Origin: a virus | Taxonomy: Duplodnaviria > Caudoviricetes | Length of the DNA: 64,000 nt | Virus record (IMG/VR): IMGVR_UViG_3300031993_000007 | Direction: 5' to 3' (one strand) | Shown here: positions 48,739-58,462 of the stretch, one piece after another | Position numbering within the stretch: the stretch's first letter is position 1 | Layout of the letters: each line of letters opens with the position of its first letter | Position numbers and translations under genes: made by a program | The notes under the pieces: model-generated | Databases searched by the model: none | What the model was told of the DNA's origin: nothing | The model's input: only the letters and a program-made list of their open reading frames with translations

Positions 48739-50364
48739 ATGGAATTCACATCGCTTTTTAAATTCGAAAACGGAAGCTATCGGGACATGGAGGCCTACAA
48801 ATTCACCAATGAAGATCAACTTGCAGAATTTGAAAAGACCTTGCTTAATAATGATGAGGGAAAGTTCTTAGAGAATCTTATCACTAAGATGGCTCGTAAT
48901 GATGTTCAATGCCTTCGTGACGATCCGCTGGATGTCGTTTCAGATTCCATCAAGAATGACTATGTTCAGATCTTCAAAGACTATGTGCACTATGACCCAG
49001 AATCGAACAAAGAAGGAAAGGCAGCAAATCTATCGGATGTCAAGGAAGATTTTAACCGAAGTATAGCACCTGAAAATCTGTATAAGCAAATTTCAATACC
49101 TACGAAGTCACGGTACTCCGGAAGAAAGCAAGAAGGCACTTATATCTTCGAAGATATCCTTCTTGGAATTGGAATAATGCTCCCTAGTATCATTCAGTCT
49201 AATCCGAATATAACCTTCGAAACTTTGATGCCGAATTTCTGCAATGCTTTGCAATCTGAAACTTACTGCTCAAAGCTCCTTTTAAAGTTTACTAATCTTG
49301 GGGGTATTGAAAGCTTTTACGCTCCTTCAGAAGAAAGTCTAGATACACAGTTGCCTATTAATAACGAAATTTTAGATAAGGTTCATGCGCTCTTGATATC
49401 ACTGATAAATTCTACCGGAATTGAGCCAGTCGATAATAATGGGGAATTGGAATTCTATACGGAATTGGATAGTACTGATCCCGTTAATCTGTGTGTTAGA
49501 AAACGCTCCAAGGGTAATTCTGAAGATATGATCTCCAAGAATTCCATTCCGGCTATTCCGTTAGATATCAAAGGAAAGATCTTTGAAGGCTATAAGACGC
49601 ATAGAGCTCAAGGGAGAGCCGTAAAGAGTAGCATGGAATACTTTGGGGATGGAACTGGAAAAATCTTTAGAGAGCGAATGATTTACCTTCAAATAGAAGT
49701 AACATTTAAACTTGCATTTGTTCCGCAATCCAATAAAAGGCTGCTCATCAATCCATCTAAATCTTACAAAATCTATGATAATAATTCCGTGGCAATAACT
49801 ATCAACACTCTAAAATCTATGATAGAGAATCCCGGAAATATGCACATTGATTTTGAGAAGGGAATTGGATCTCTGGTATTCTTTAATGATAAATTCTCTA
49901 GGTCTAGAACCGATAATGATATGAAATCTGCCATCAATGAACAGCTTCGAAAAGAATTCAAGAAGATGGACGGTTGGACTTTCTTTAAATTTCTAGAGGA
50001 CATAACTGGACAAGATCCTAACAGGAAAGCTAGACTCAGCGATAGCAATCCGTTTAAAAATTTAAACGGATTTGGTATTTCCTATACATCATTAGAATTC
50101 TCGGCTTATGTGCCAGATTTAGCTAGTTCATATCTTGATGGTCTTAGAGGCTTGAAGGTTATCTTTGGAACACTTCTAAAAGAAGCCGAAGATCTTGAAG
50201 CCTTCCTGACCAAAAAGTTTGAAGAGCTCGCGATAGACATTACCAGCAAAGTCTCTCTTAGAAACTTGATCATCAAGATTATCGCCAGCGAGGCCAAGGT
50301 AGATCCTATTAACTTGGCTTCTAAAGGAGGATACCTTGGAGAGATCGCAAAGGAATTCATATAA
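48739..50364 (+). CDS. Hypothetical protein
   Basis: 541-aa ORF with no recognised motif. Confidence 0.7.
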   Translation: MEFTSLFKFENGSYRDMEAYKFTNEDQLAEFEKTLLNNDEGKFLENLITKMARNDVQCLRDDPLDVVSDSIKNDYVQIFKDYVHYDPESNKEGKAANLSDVKEDFNRSIAPENLYKQISIPTKSRYSGRKQEGTYIFEDILLGIGIMLPSIIQSNPNITFETLMPNFCNALQSETYCSKLLLKFTNLGGIESFYAPSEESLDTQLPINNEILDKVHALLISLINSTGIEPVDNNGELEFYTELDSTDPVNLCVRKRSKGNSEDMISKNSIPAIPLDIKGKIFEGYKTHRAQGRAVKSSMEYFGDGTGKIFRERMIYLQIEVTFKLAFVPQSNKRLLINPSKSYKIYDNNSVAITINTLKSMIENPGNMHIDFEKGIGSLVFFNDKFSRSRTDNDMKSAINEQLRKEFKKMDGWTFFKFLEDITGQDPNRKARLSDSNPFKNLNGFGISYTSLEFSAYVPDLASSYLDGLRGLKVIFGTLLKEAEDLEAFLTKKFEELAIDITSKVSLRNLIIKIIASEAKVDPINLASKGGYLGEIAKEFI

Positions 50365-50417
50365 CTATATTAAATTCTGCACCTTTCAAAACCCATAATC
50401 AAAAGAGGTAGTAAAAA

Positions 50418-51740
50418 ATGGATATAAAAGGTATTGATCGTTTCATTCGCAACGGCTTGAAGCGCAGTCATACAGTTACATTCTTCGGAAACCACGGTAT
50501 TGGCAAAACGTCGTATACCAAGTACAATGTCCGTGCTCTTGTGGCAGAAAAAGAAAATGTGCCTATTGAACGTGTTCATGTAATTACAAAGTGCGTCAGC
50601 ATCATGGATCCCGCTGACTTACTTGGTAACTTCCATGAATTCGGCGGACGTACGTATAACTGTCCTCCGAACTGGATTCCGGTTTCCAAGGCCTACGAGG
50701 ACGAAATGGAAGCTTTGTACAAGTCGTATGGAATGGAATACACCCGTTTGACAAACTATGATGACGTGTATATCTTGTTTCTTGACGAGTGTAAGCGTGG
50801 CAACCCCATCATTCAAGACTCTATCATGGAACTGATTCTCGGTCATACCATCTTCGGTATTGACCTGCACGAAAAGACGTATATCTTTGCGGCTGACAAC
50901 GACAATGCAAAGATCTATAACGGATCTAAACGTGACCCGGCCCAGATGAGCCGTTTGAAGAACTTTGACTTCATGCCGACTAACAAGGAATTCTTGGCTG
51001 ACTTTGATGCTCGTACCGAGCGCGGAGAGATCCACGAGGTCATTTCGGCCTTCCTTAAGAAGAATGAAGACTTCATCGTGCTCCCGACCAAGACTATCGA
51101 AGAGCTTACCATCCAGAATAAGAAAGGCCCGTCTCCTCGTGACTGGACTCAGCTTGGCGAATGCTTGCTGGAGTTCAAGAACAATGATGACGATATCGTT
51201 GCTAACATCAACGGTAGCACCGCCAACGAAATGTACCTTCAGCAGATTGCTCAGGCTTACATCGGATCGGGTTATTCCAACAAGTTCGCCCGTTGGTGTG
51301 CTAGTGAATTCGCTCAGCAGATCGATATCAACGACATTGTTGAAAACATGACCGACAAGCTGTTCAATATTCTGAGGGACGAGTTTGACAAGGATCCGAA
51401 GAGTGCAATTCCGTTCTGCGAAGAAGTGGTCAAGAATCTTGAAAAGCGCAGCAAGCTCACTGAAAAGATGGGCAAGAACATTCTGCGCTTCATGGAGGCT
51501 ATGCCCAATGCTGGAATCAGCAACTTCTTCCAGACTTGGAACAAGGCTAATCCCAAGCAGTTCACAATGTGGAAGCACACTCCTCGTCGTCATGATATCT
51601 GTATGCGCTCTACGGCTTCTACCAACGCCAAGCCCGGTGAAAAGTCGGCTTATGAATCTTGGCTGGAAAACTTCCTCCGTAGGTTCAAGCTCACTCCGGC
51701 AGATATGGCTAGCGATACCATTGACCTGTCTACGAGGTAA
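50418..51740 (+). CDS. MoxR-family AAA+ ATPase
   Basis: GNHGIGKT, LFLDECKRG, DPAQMSR, SPRDW. Confidence 0.85.
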   Translation: MDIKGIDRFIRNGLKRSHTVTFFGNHGIGKTSYTKYNVRALVAEKENVPIERVHVITKCVSIMDPADLLGNFHEFGGRTYNCPPNWIPVSKAYEDEMEALYKSYGMEYTRLTNYDDVYILFLDECKRGNPIIQDSIMELILGHTIFGIDLHEKTYIFAADNDNAKIYNGSKRDPAQMSRLKNFDFMPTNKEFLADFDARTERGEIHEVISAFLKKNEDFIVLPTKTIEELTIQNKKGPSPRDWTQLGECLLEFKNNDDDIVANINGSTANEMYLQQIAQAYIGSGYSNKFARWCASEFAQQIDINDIVENMTDKLFNILRDEFDKDPKSAIPFCEEVVKNLEKRSKLTEKMGKNILRFMEAMPNAGISNFFQTWNKANPKQFTMWKHTPRRHDICMRSTASTNAKPGEKSAYESWLENFLRRFKLTPADMASDTIDLSTR

Positions 51741-51742
51741 CT

Positions 51743-53086
51743 ATGGCTGAAGTTCTGAAGAGTAACTTTGAGGAAGCTCTCTGTTTGCTCTCCATCAACA
51801 GCCCTGCGTGTTTCAACTTAATCATCCGTATTATCACCACGGAAACTGATAAGGTTGAGACTATGGGTGTTAAGGTCTGGGATGGCCAAATCGAGCTCCA
51901 GTACAACCGGAAATTCATTGACAACCTTGAAAAGGCAGAAAGGAACTATGTCCTCATTCATGAGATGCTTCACATCTTGATGCATCACTGTACGTGGCGA
52001 CAGAGTTCTGATCTGCGTATGAAGTATATCGACAACGTAGCGATGGATCTAGAAATCAACTCCATGATCCATGAAGATAACTTCATTAAAATGCCTATCT
52101 TCAAGAATAACGAAGGGGCAAGAAAGAAAGGGGAACAGTGCGGTCTGCTGCCTAAGATGTTCGGCTACAGCGATGGTCTGTCTTACGAACAGTACAGAGC
52201 TTTGTTGACAAAGGACTTCCCTCAATCCGAGATAATGTTCATTGTCGAAGAAGATGGGGAATCCAGCAACAGCGACGGTAACGGTGGCCAGTCCAATAGT
52301 TCCGGTAGCAACGGAGAAGGTGACGGAGATTCAGATGGCTCTAACCAGAATGATTCTGGTTCTAGCATGGAAGGAAAGATGGTTATCGATCCGAACTGTC
52401 CGCTCGGTAAGATTACCTCTGGAAGAATTGCTAATGATCATGGCAAGGATTATAATGAAGATACGTATGCCGACGACTTCGTAAGAGGCGAAGTTGAACG
52501 CATCCAGCGTAACAATCTGTGGGGAAATACTCCGTCTGGAACGATCGAAAAGATCTTGAAGGCTCAGGAACAACCCTTGGATTGGGCTGGCTTGCTTCGC
52601 TTAGAAGCTGGTCACTTCATTAGCTTTGAAAAGGTGTATACCCGTCGTAGATGGGATAAGCACTTTGGAAAGCCCTTCCTTGGCTATACTATGAAAAGTG
52701 TAGAACCGGTTGCTGTCTATACTGACACCAGTGCTTCCGTTGGAAGTTCTGATTTAAGTAGATTCATTGTCGAGATTGGACGTATTGCTCACTTCACACA
52801 AGTGATGCTGTACAACTTCGATACTGAAATCAAGAATCCTGAAGAACCAGTGCTGTTCAGCCGTGAGGCTATCGAGTCTATTGAGTTCAAGGGACGTGGC
52901 GGTACAAGTTTTACACCTATCTTTGAGCATGTCAAAGAACACGAAATCCATCAAGTGGTCATCCTTACTGACGGTTTTGCCGAAGCAATATCTCAAGATG
53001 AAGTCGGTGATGCTTCAGTAATTTGGGTGATTACCAAGGGTGGAAGCCTAACAGGGAAACCTGGGGTAGTCGTGGAAATGCAATAA
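51743..53086 (+). CDS. HExxH metallopeptidase-like + vWA domain protein (MoxR partner)
   Basis: IHEMLH; MIDAS DTSAS, GRGGTSF, LTDG. Confidence 0.85.
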   Translation: MAEVLKSNFEEALCLLSINSPACFNLIIRIITTETDKVETMGVKVWDGQIELQYNRKFIDNLEKAERNYVLIHEMLHILMHHCTWRQSSDLRMKYIDNVAMDLEINSMIHEDNFIKMPIFKNNEGARKKGEQCGLLPKMFGYSDGLSYEQYRALLTKDFPQSEIMFIVEEDGESSNSDGNGGQSNSSGSNGEGDGDSDGSNQNDSGSSMEGKMVIDPNCPLGKITSGRIANDHGKDYNEDTYADDFVRGEVERIQRNNLWGNTPSGTIEKILKAQEQPLDWAGLLRLEAGHFISFEKVYTRRRWDKHFGKPFLGYTMKSVEPVAVYTDTSASVGSSDLSRFIVEIGRIAHFTQVMLYNFDTEIKNPEEPVLFSREAIESIEFKGRGGTSFTPIFEHVKEHEIHQVVILTDGFAEAISQDEVGDASVIWVITKGGSLTGKPGVVVEMQ

Positions 53087-53091
53087 AATTT

Positions 53092-53119
53092 AGAGAGCCG
53101 CAAGGCTCTCTTATTTTTT
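53092..53119 (+). terminator. Intrinsic terminator
   Basis: agagagcc-gcaa-ggctctct plus T-run. Confidence 0.75.
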
Positions 53120-53130
53120 AAGGAACATAG

Positions 53131-53206
53131 AAAAAAAAGACGCCGCACCATGTTGTGGAAAAAGTGTCTTGCCCAGGGAAAGAGGGGAGAACTTTGGTGC
53201 GGCGTC
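53131..53206 (-). terminator. Large-loop terminator-like 3' structure
   Basis: 12-bp perfect stem, 44-nt loop, U8 tail on the minus strand. Confidence 0.6.
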
Positions 53207-53214
53207 AGATTGGG

Positions 53215-53556
53215 TTATGCGTCTCCGCTAGTAGTTGCTTGTTCCTTTTCACGCAGGTAAGTCGGAATCGAATAATCAATCCCGGATGCCTTTAAATCGC
53301 TTTGAATTGACGTGCAAGCCTCTTTGTATTTCTCCCATTCCCATTTAGAAGCTTTAGCCTTCTCTTCATTGTCTAGTGCTTTGAGAAGAAGGTTAACTTT
53401 CTTTGTGGGAAGGGCGGCGGCCAACTTGCGATTTTCACGTTTCATTCTCGGAAATTCTTCAGATCGATGGGTTAACCACGCCTGAAGAGCAACTCCGGCC
53501 TGAAAACCGAACCAAAGACCGGAAAGGATAAGCGACGCTTTTTCTTTTGAAGCCAT
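53215..53556 (-). CDS. Hypothetical protein with N-terminal hydrophobic helix
   Basis: 113 aa, GGAGGT RBS. Confidence 0.65.
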   Translation of the reverse strand: MASKEKASLILSGLWFGFQAGVALQAWLTHRSEEFPRMKRENRKLAAALPTKKVNLLLKALDNEEKAKASKWEWEKYKEACTSIQSDLKASGIDYSIPTYLREKEQATTSGDA

Positions 53557-53758
53557 ATTACTACCTCCAGATAGTTAAAGAGAAGCAGGATTACTTCTCT
53601 TCTATGGGTCATAATTAAATATAGCCCGTTCGCTATATTTTTTACGGAAAAAAAGAAAGGGGCATTCCTATTCCAGCTGGAGGATCCAGAATAGGAAATA
53701 AACACCTCAACCCTAGGTGCGCCCCGGTGGCCGCTAAAAGAGCCGTCGGCCAGTTTTG

Positions 53759-54208
53759 TTAATTGTGGTTCGTATAGACGTGCTCCATCCAATTTTGGGT
53801 AAACTGCGGACACTTGCAAAGCTTTCTTTCGCTATCTCCGTTCCCGACATTTCCGGGTCGAGCATGAAGTCTAATCACATCTGCTTCATTGATACATTCG
53901 TGATTTCCGTACTTTACCATCCCATACATCCTAAGGACATTTCCGGGATCTCTCACTATGGTATAGGTTTTTCCAAATACGGAAAACAAGTAAGATTCCT
54001 GCTCTTCAGGATGTTCAGTCTTAAAAGTGCTACCAAACCTATTATCCGCTACGACTTTAAATCTGTCGCCTTGGTATAACACCGAAATTTGGTGATTTTT
54101 GATGAAGGCATTAGCGCTGCTTAGAAAAGTGTCGCCTGGGCCTTCTTTACACTTGAAATTATTTTTCGCCAGCCGAAACTGCGAAGGACTTTTAGGATTC
54201 ATGCTCAT
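53759..54208 (-). CDS. Hypothetical protein
   Basis: About 149 aa; start uncertain. Confidence 0.5.
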   Translation of the reverse strand: MSMNPKSPSQFRLAKNNFKCKEGPGDTFLSSANAFIKNHQISVLYQGDRFKVVADNRFGSTFKTEHPEEQESYLFSVFGKTYTIVRDPGNVLRMYGMVKYGNHECINEADVIRLHARPGNVGNGDSERKLCKCPQFTQNWMEHVYTNHN

Positions 54209-54219
54209 ACAATGAGGTG

Positions 54220-54441
54220 TTAGCCGAATGGATCGGAGTTCCATACAAGCCATCCGCAAAAGATAGATGGAATTATCCAGAATCCCCAATGCAATCCCAT
54301 TAGGTATACTATCACAAAGTATAAGAATAGCACTATTGCTAGAGTAAGAAACAAGTTTTTCGTAGTTTTCATATTATTATCCTGACAATAATCTATACGA
54401 CAAAGGTTGTTTACCAGAATTGCAAGTATCTTATCTTTCAT
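54220..54441 (-). CDS. Small membrane protein
   Basis: LFLTLAIVLFLYFVIVYLMGLHWGFWIIPSIF; true start may be the internal MKTTK. Confidence 0.5.
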   Translation of the reverse strand: MKDKILAILVNNLCRIDYCQDNNMKTTKNLFLTLAIVLFLYFVIVYLMGLHWGFWIIPSIFCGWLVWNSDPFG

Positions 54442-54573
54442 GAGTTTTCCATAAAAAATAACTGCGCCGGGATAGGAGGTGTGTTAAGTCTCCAATGTTG
54501 TGGTGAGGCTGTGTGGACCTCAAAACTTCCCAGCGCAGTTGAGGTAGATGGATCTCCTTTGTGTTAAATCCTC

Positions 54574-55062
54574 TTACTTCTTCTGCTCTTCTTCGGCTTC
54601 TGCTTCGGTCTCATCTTCATCTGCTCCAACCGGACGGACGGTATATTCAATACCAGCCATCAGAACGACACGAGAGCCGTCATTTGCAGGAGGACAAAGT
54701 TGCATGCGAGGAGCACCAATGAAGTTGCCCATAGACTCTTCATAGAATCTGTTAATATTCTTTTCAAGTTGAATCGTATTTTCACCTACGATGAACTTCA
54801 CACGGTTCAACAACTTAGGCTTCTTGACTTCGTCTGCTTCAACCGGACGGACGGTATACTCGACACCAGCCATCAGAACAACATGAGAGCCATCATTCGC
54901 AGGGGGACAAAGCTGCATATGCGGAGCGCCAACAAAGTTGCCCATAGACTCTTCATAGAATCTGTTGATATTCTTCTCAAGCTGAATCGTATTATCGCCT
55001 ACGATGAGCTTCACACGATTCAACAACTTAGGCTTCTTAAAATTCTTTTTATTGTTAGGCAT
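54574..55062 (-). CDS. Hypothetical protein made of two 71-aa tandem repeats
   Basis: KKPKLLNRVK...YTVRPV.ADE occurs twice; AAGGA RBS before ATG 55062. Confidence 0.75.
   Translation of the reverse strand: MPNNKKNFKKPKLLNRVKLIVGDNTIQLEKNINRFYEESMGNFVGAPHMQLCPPANDGSHVVLMAGVEYTVRPVEADEVKKPKLLNRVKFIVGENTIQLEKNINRFYEESMGNFIGAPRMQLCPPANDGSRVVLMAGIEYTVRPVGADEDETEAEAEEEQKK
54613..55038. repeat. 213-bp intragenic tandem duplication
   Basis: ttcaacaacttaggcttctt at 54806 and 55019, 213 bp apart, with the alignment continuing. Confidence 0.85.
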
Positions 55063-55169
55063 TTTGGATCCTTTTTTGATTTGGGTTGTCATCCAAGTGT
55101 ACATCTTGGACATAAGATAATATAGACTTGTTCTGATCAACAATTTATTGTACAACCTATAGGTAAACT

Positions 55170-57203
55170 ATGAATAACAAAGCTCAAGAAAAACTTCAGA
55201 ATCTCAATACGGTTGCTGAAGATATCAAAAAGAATTTTCAAAATCTTGACGAGCAAATCGACAAATTTAAGGATATGATCAGTCCTTGGTATGTTGCTCC
55301 GGAACTTTGCACCCGTCCTACAGTGATCAACCTCTGGGGCATGACTGGCATCGGCAAGACCGCTATGGTTCGTGAGTTTGTAGATCGCCTTGGAATGAAG
55401 GATAAATTCCGTGACGTTATCTGCAACAGCAAGAGCGGCTACGGAAATCTTCGTGATGTCGTTACCGGATTGCTTGAAAGTGATTTCGATGGCGATGGTC
55501 GGGCTATCATCTTTATTGACGAATTCCAGAACGTGATTACCCGTGGATTTATGGGCGCTCGCAACACAAACTGCGAACCGTTCCTGTGGGAAGCTCTGTC
55601 CGACGGTCGCATCAAGATTTCTATCCCCAAGATTAGCTTGATCGAAACTGTTGCCAGACTTCGTAGGATCGTTAAAGATCGTGCTGATCGTCGCAATTCT
55701 GGCAAGCTGGTTGAAGATTGCGGCAGTCGTGGAATTTGGGAAGTCCAAAAGATGCGTCGCATGTACAGCATTAAGAATATGCCCCTTCTCGACATCATGT
55801 CTATGTCGTATGAAGAAGAACTCAAGCTGGCTGAAAAGGCCCTTGAAACCTACAGCGATCAGGTCTTTTACATGGACTATCGCAAAGTTCTGTTCATCAT
55901 CGCTGGTAATATGGATCAGGTCTTTACCGAAGCTAGCGGCGTGTCCAGTGTTGAAGTTGATGCTGATGCAGTCTACAAGAGTGCCAAGGAAGTCACCATC
56001 TTTGACATCAAGCGTGGCTTGGCTATGCGCTTGTTCCCTGAAGAAGTAGCCCGTCTCGGTAATAACCATATCATCTTCTACGGCTTCCGTAAGCAGGACT
56101 TCGCAAACCTGATTAAACAGCGTTTGGAAGCGGTTGTAGCCGAAACTGAAAAGCTTTCTGGAATCAAGCTGGTCTTTGACCCGTCTGTGATGATTATGCT
56201 TTATCGAAACGGCGTATTCCCGGCTCAGGGTGCAAGACCGCTGTTTTCTACGATCCAAGGCTTGATTGAGAGTAACATTCCTAAGATCGTCTTTGCGGCT
56301 GCTGAAGCCGACAAGGAAATTTCGATCTCTTACGACGAGGAGAAATTCTGTCTCGTCACCTCCAACAATGTCACGATTCCGTGTCTCGGTGGTGTAGACG
56401 AAGCCATAAACCGCTTGAACAAGGACAAGGACGAAAAGCGTTGTACCTCTGTTCATGAAACTGGTCATGCCATTGTCTATGCAGAAACCTTCGGTGCCAT
56501 CCCGCAGACTATGGTGAGTGTGGTGGCTGACAGTAACGTTGCTGCTGGGTTCATCACTACTCATTCGATCCGTCATACCCGTACCACGATTGAAAACTTC
56601 ATCGCTACGGCTGTGGCTGGCATGGTTGCTGAAGAAACCGTGTTCGGAAAAGACTTCCGTACAGTTGGTTGCTCTTCTGACCTTGTGACGGCTACTACGC
56701 TTGCTGCGAAGTTCATTCGTCGCTTTGCCTACTCTGACAAGTACAAAGCTGTAATAGGTGGAGACGTCGATGAGTACAATGCCGTCGGCGAAACGAGCGA
56801 ACTCGTTAACAAGATGGTTATGTCTTGCATTGACAAGGCTCGTAGTATCATTGAAAACAACATTGAGCTCCTGAAGGATGTCTCTAACGTGATGTTCGAA
56901 AGCGGAAAGTGCTCTCCGGAAGAATTCCAAGAAATCTCTAGCAAGCATGGAAAGAATTACAAGATTCTTGACTTCAACGCTAAGATTACTCCGAACTTCC
57001 GGGAACGCTACAAGCTCTTTGTGGAATCCGGTGTTCGCAACATCGCAGAAATTGCTAATGAGGCGGCTGAGTGCGCTAGCTTCTTTGAAGGAGCTAAAGC
57101 TAACGTCAGCTATACCTTAGCTAATGAAGACGTCGATATCCAGAAATCTGCTGCTGTCAATGCCGGGGTGTCTCTCTCCAGCGATAGCCTCTGGGGTGAC
57201 TAA
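55170..57203 (+). CDS. Clp-type AAA+ ATPase fused to an FtsH-like M41 zinc peptidase
   Basis: GMTGIGKT, FIDEFQ, GARPL sensor-2; VHETGHA, AGMVAEETVFG, GCSSDL..AT; no transmembrane segment. Confidence 0.8.
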   Translation: MNNKAQEKLQNLNTVAEDIKKNFQNLDEQIDKFKDMISPWYVAPELCTRPTVINLWGMTGIGKTAMVREFVDRLGMKDKFRDVICNSKSGYGNLRDVVTGLLESDFDGDGRAIIFIDEFQNVITRGFMGARNTNCEPFLWEALSDGRIKISIPKISLIETVARLRRIVKDRADRRNSGKLVEDCGSRGIWEVQKMRRMYSIKNMPLLDIMSMSYEEELKLAEKALETYSDQVFYMDYRKVLFIIAGNMDQVFTEASGVSSVEVDADAVYKSAKEVTIFDIKRGLAMRLFPEEVARLGNNHIIFYGFRKQDFANLIKQRLEAVVAETEKLSGIKLVFDPSVMIMLYRNGVFPAQGARPLFSTIQGLIESNIPKIVFAAAEADKEISISYDEEKFCLVTSNNVTIPCLGGVDEAINRLNKDKDEKRCTSVHETGHAIVYAETFGAIPQTMVSVVADSNVAAGFITTHSIRHTRTTIENFIATAVAGMVAEETVFGKDFRTVGCSSDLVTATTLAAKFIRRFAYSDKYKAVIGGDVDEYNAVGETSELVNKMVMSCIDKARSIIENNIELLKDVSNVMFESGKCSPEEFQEISSKHGKNYKILDFNAKITPNFRERYKLFVESGVRNIAEIANEAAECASFFEGAKANVSYTLANEDVDIQKSAAVNAGVSLSSDSLWGD

Positions 57204-57430
57204 CTCTATAATGAGGCGAATACCTCCTTTTTTGGGTTAACGTGAAACGACTGCCAAGACCTTTCTAGCCATTGGGTCTTGGCAGTTGATTTGCTTAGAC
57301 AAAACTCTAAATTAAATTATGACCTCGCACCAAAGTGCGAGGCGGAGGGGAACTATTTCAGGACTTTGATCAGCGATAGCAGTCAAAGTTTCAAACGAGT
57401 TCGGAACTGAATTTAGGAGGATCATAACAA

Positions 57431-58462
57431 ATGAAATTCTGTACTGGAAAGGGATGCCGATGCAATGGTGTTCAAATTAAAGACCTGCCGGATTACGCAG
57501 GTAATGACGGTTTTGTGGCAATGGATAGCTCTCAGCACAAAACTGGCAGGGTTCCTCTCTCCCGTTTGCGTGAGATGATAGGGGGCGGTAGCGCAGATCC
57601 TGCCGTTCTCAATAGTAAGGCTGATAAAGTGGAAAACGCCACAGAAAATGATCTTGCTACATTAGATGCCGAGGGCAACCTGACCGATTCGGGCATACAT
57701 GTCAAAGATATTGTGACAGATGAAGACTATGTTCACACGGACAACAATTTTACCGATGAATACAAGGCGAAACTTGATGGAGAGAGTGGCGAGTGTGAAT
57801 TGTTTGTGGGGGATGCAAATACAACGTATGCTGAATGGAAGTCGGCTAGCGATGCAGGAAAAGCCCTTGTTTTCCGTTATGTTCTGGATGCAGGTGGTGG
57901 TACAACCATTCTCGCCGACACTATGAGTTCTAAGGTCATGGTTACTAATAGCTCGGTGACAATCAGCACAACGATAGATATTGTTGTTGAAAAGCTTTAT
58001 CTTGAGTGGAGATTGGATACAGAAGATAATCTTCAAATTCAGTATATTGGAGAAATGCTTGCTGGAAAAGCGCTAGTAACGGTTCCGCCAGGTGGAGATA
58101 CTCCCATGTGTACATTTATGTATTTAGGGTTTCTTACCGGTGTCGATGTAATTGATATACTCACTGGACAAGTAGACATCAGTACACTCCCGCAATGGCA
58201 GAAAAATAGAATTGTCTTGCAAGGTTTTTTGAAAATGCGATTGTCGGCGTTTCCTTGGGCATATAGTGAAGGGACTACTTTTTACCTTCCTATAAATGTA
58301 GCTGTAGATGAGGACGAACCATCTATATGTATGGGAACCGACAACGGAATACTAAAATTTCGCGAGGTAGGTCTCCATGAGCACCTTGATGAAGAAACAC
58401 ATGAAGATGTAATTGATATTTATGCAAACCGCTGCTTTATGCAATTAGAAACGCCCGATTAG
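57431..58462 (+). CDS. Tail fibre/appendage-like protein (tentative)
   Basis: IKDLP N-terminus, KADKV...LATLDAEGNLTDSG and HTDNNFTDEYKAKL motifs recalled from phage fibre proteins; AGGAGG RBS. Confidence 0.5.
   Translation: MKFCTGKGCRCNGVQIKDLPDYAGNDGFVAMDSSQHKTGRVPLSRLREMIGGGSADPAVLNSKADKVENATENDLATLDAEGNLTDSGIHVKDIVTDEDYVHTDNNFTDEYKAKLDGESGECELFVGDANTTYAEWKSASDAGKALVFRYVLDAGGGTTILADTMSSKVMVTNSSVTISTTIDIVVEKLYLEWRLDTEDNLQIQYIGEMLAGKALVTVPPGGDTPMCTFMYLGFLTGVDVIDILTGQVDISTLPQWQKNRIVLQGFLKMRLSAFPWAYSEGTTFYLPINVAVDEDEPSICMGTDNGILKFREVGLHEHLDEETHEDVIDIYANRCFMQLETPD

Noticed and set aside
48739-50364. Nuclear shell protein (chimallin)
   Set aside because: Only the size is roughly compatible; no motif support, and AR9-type phages are not known to form a nucleus
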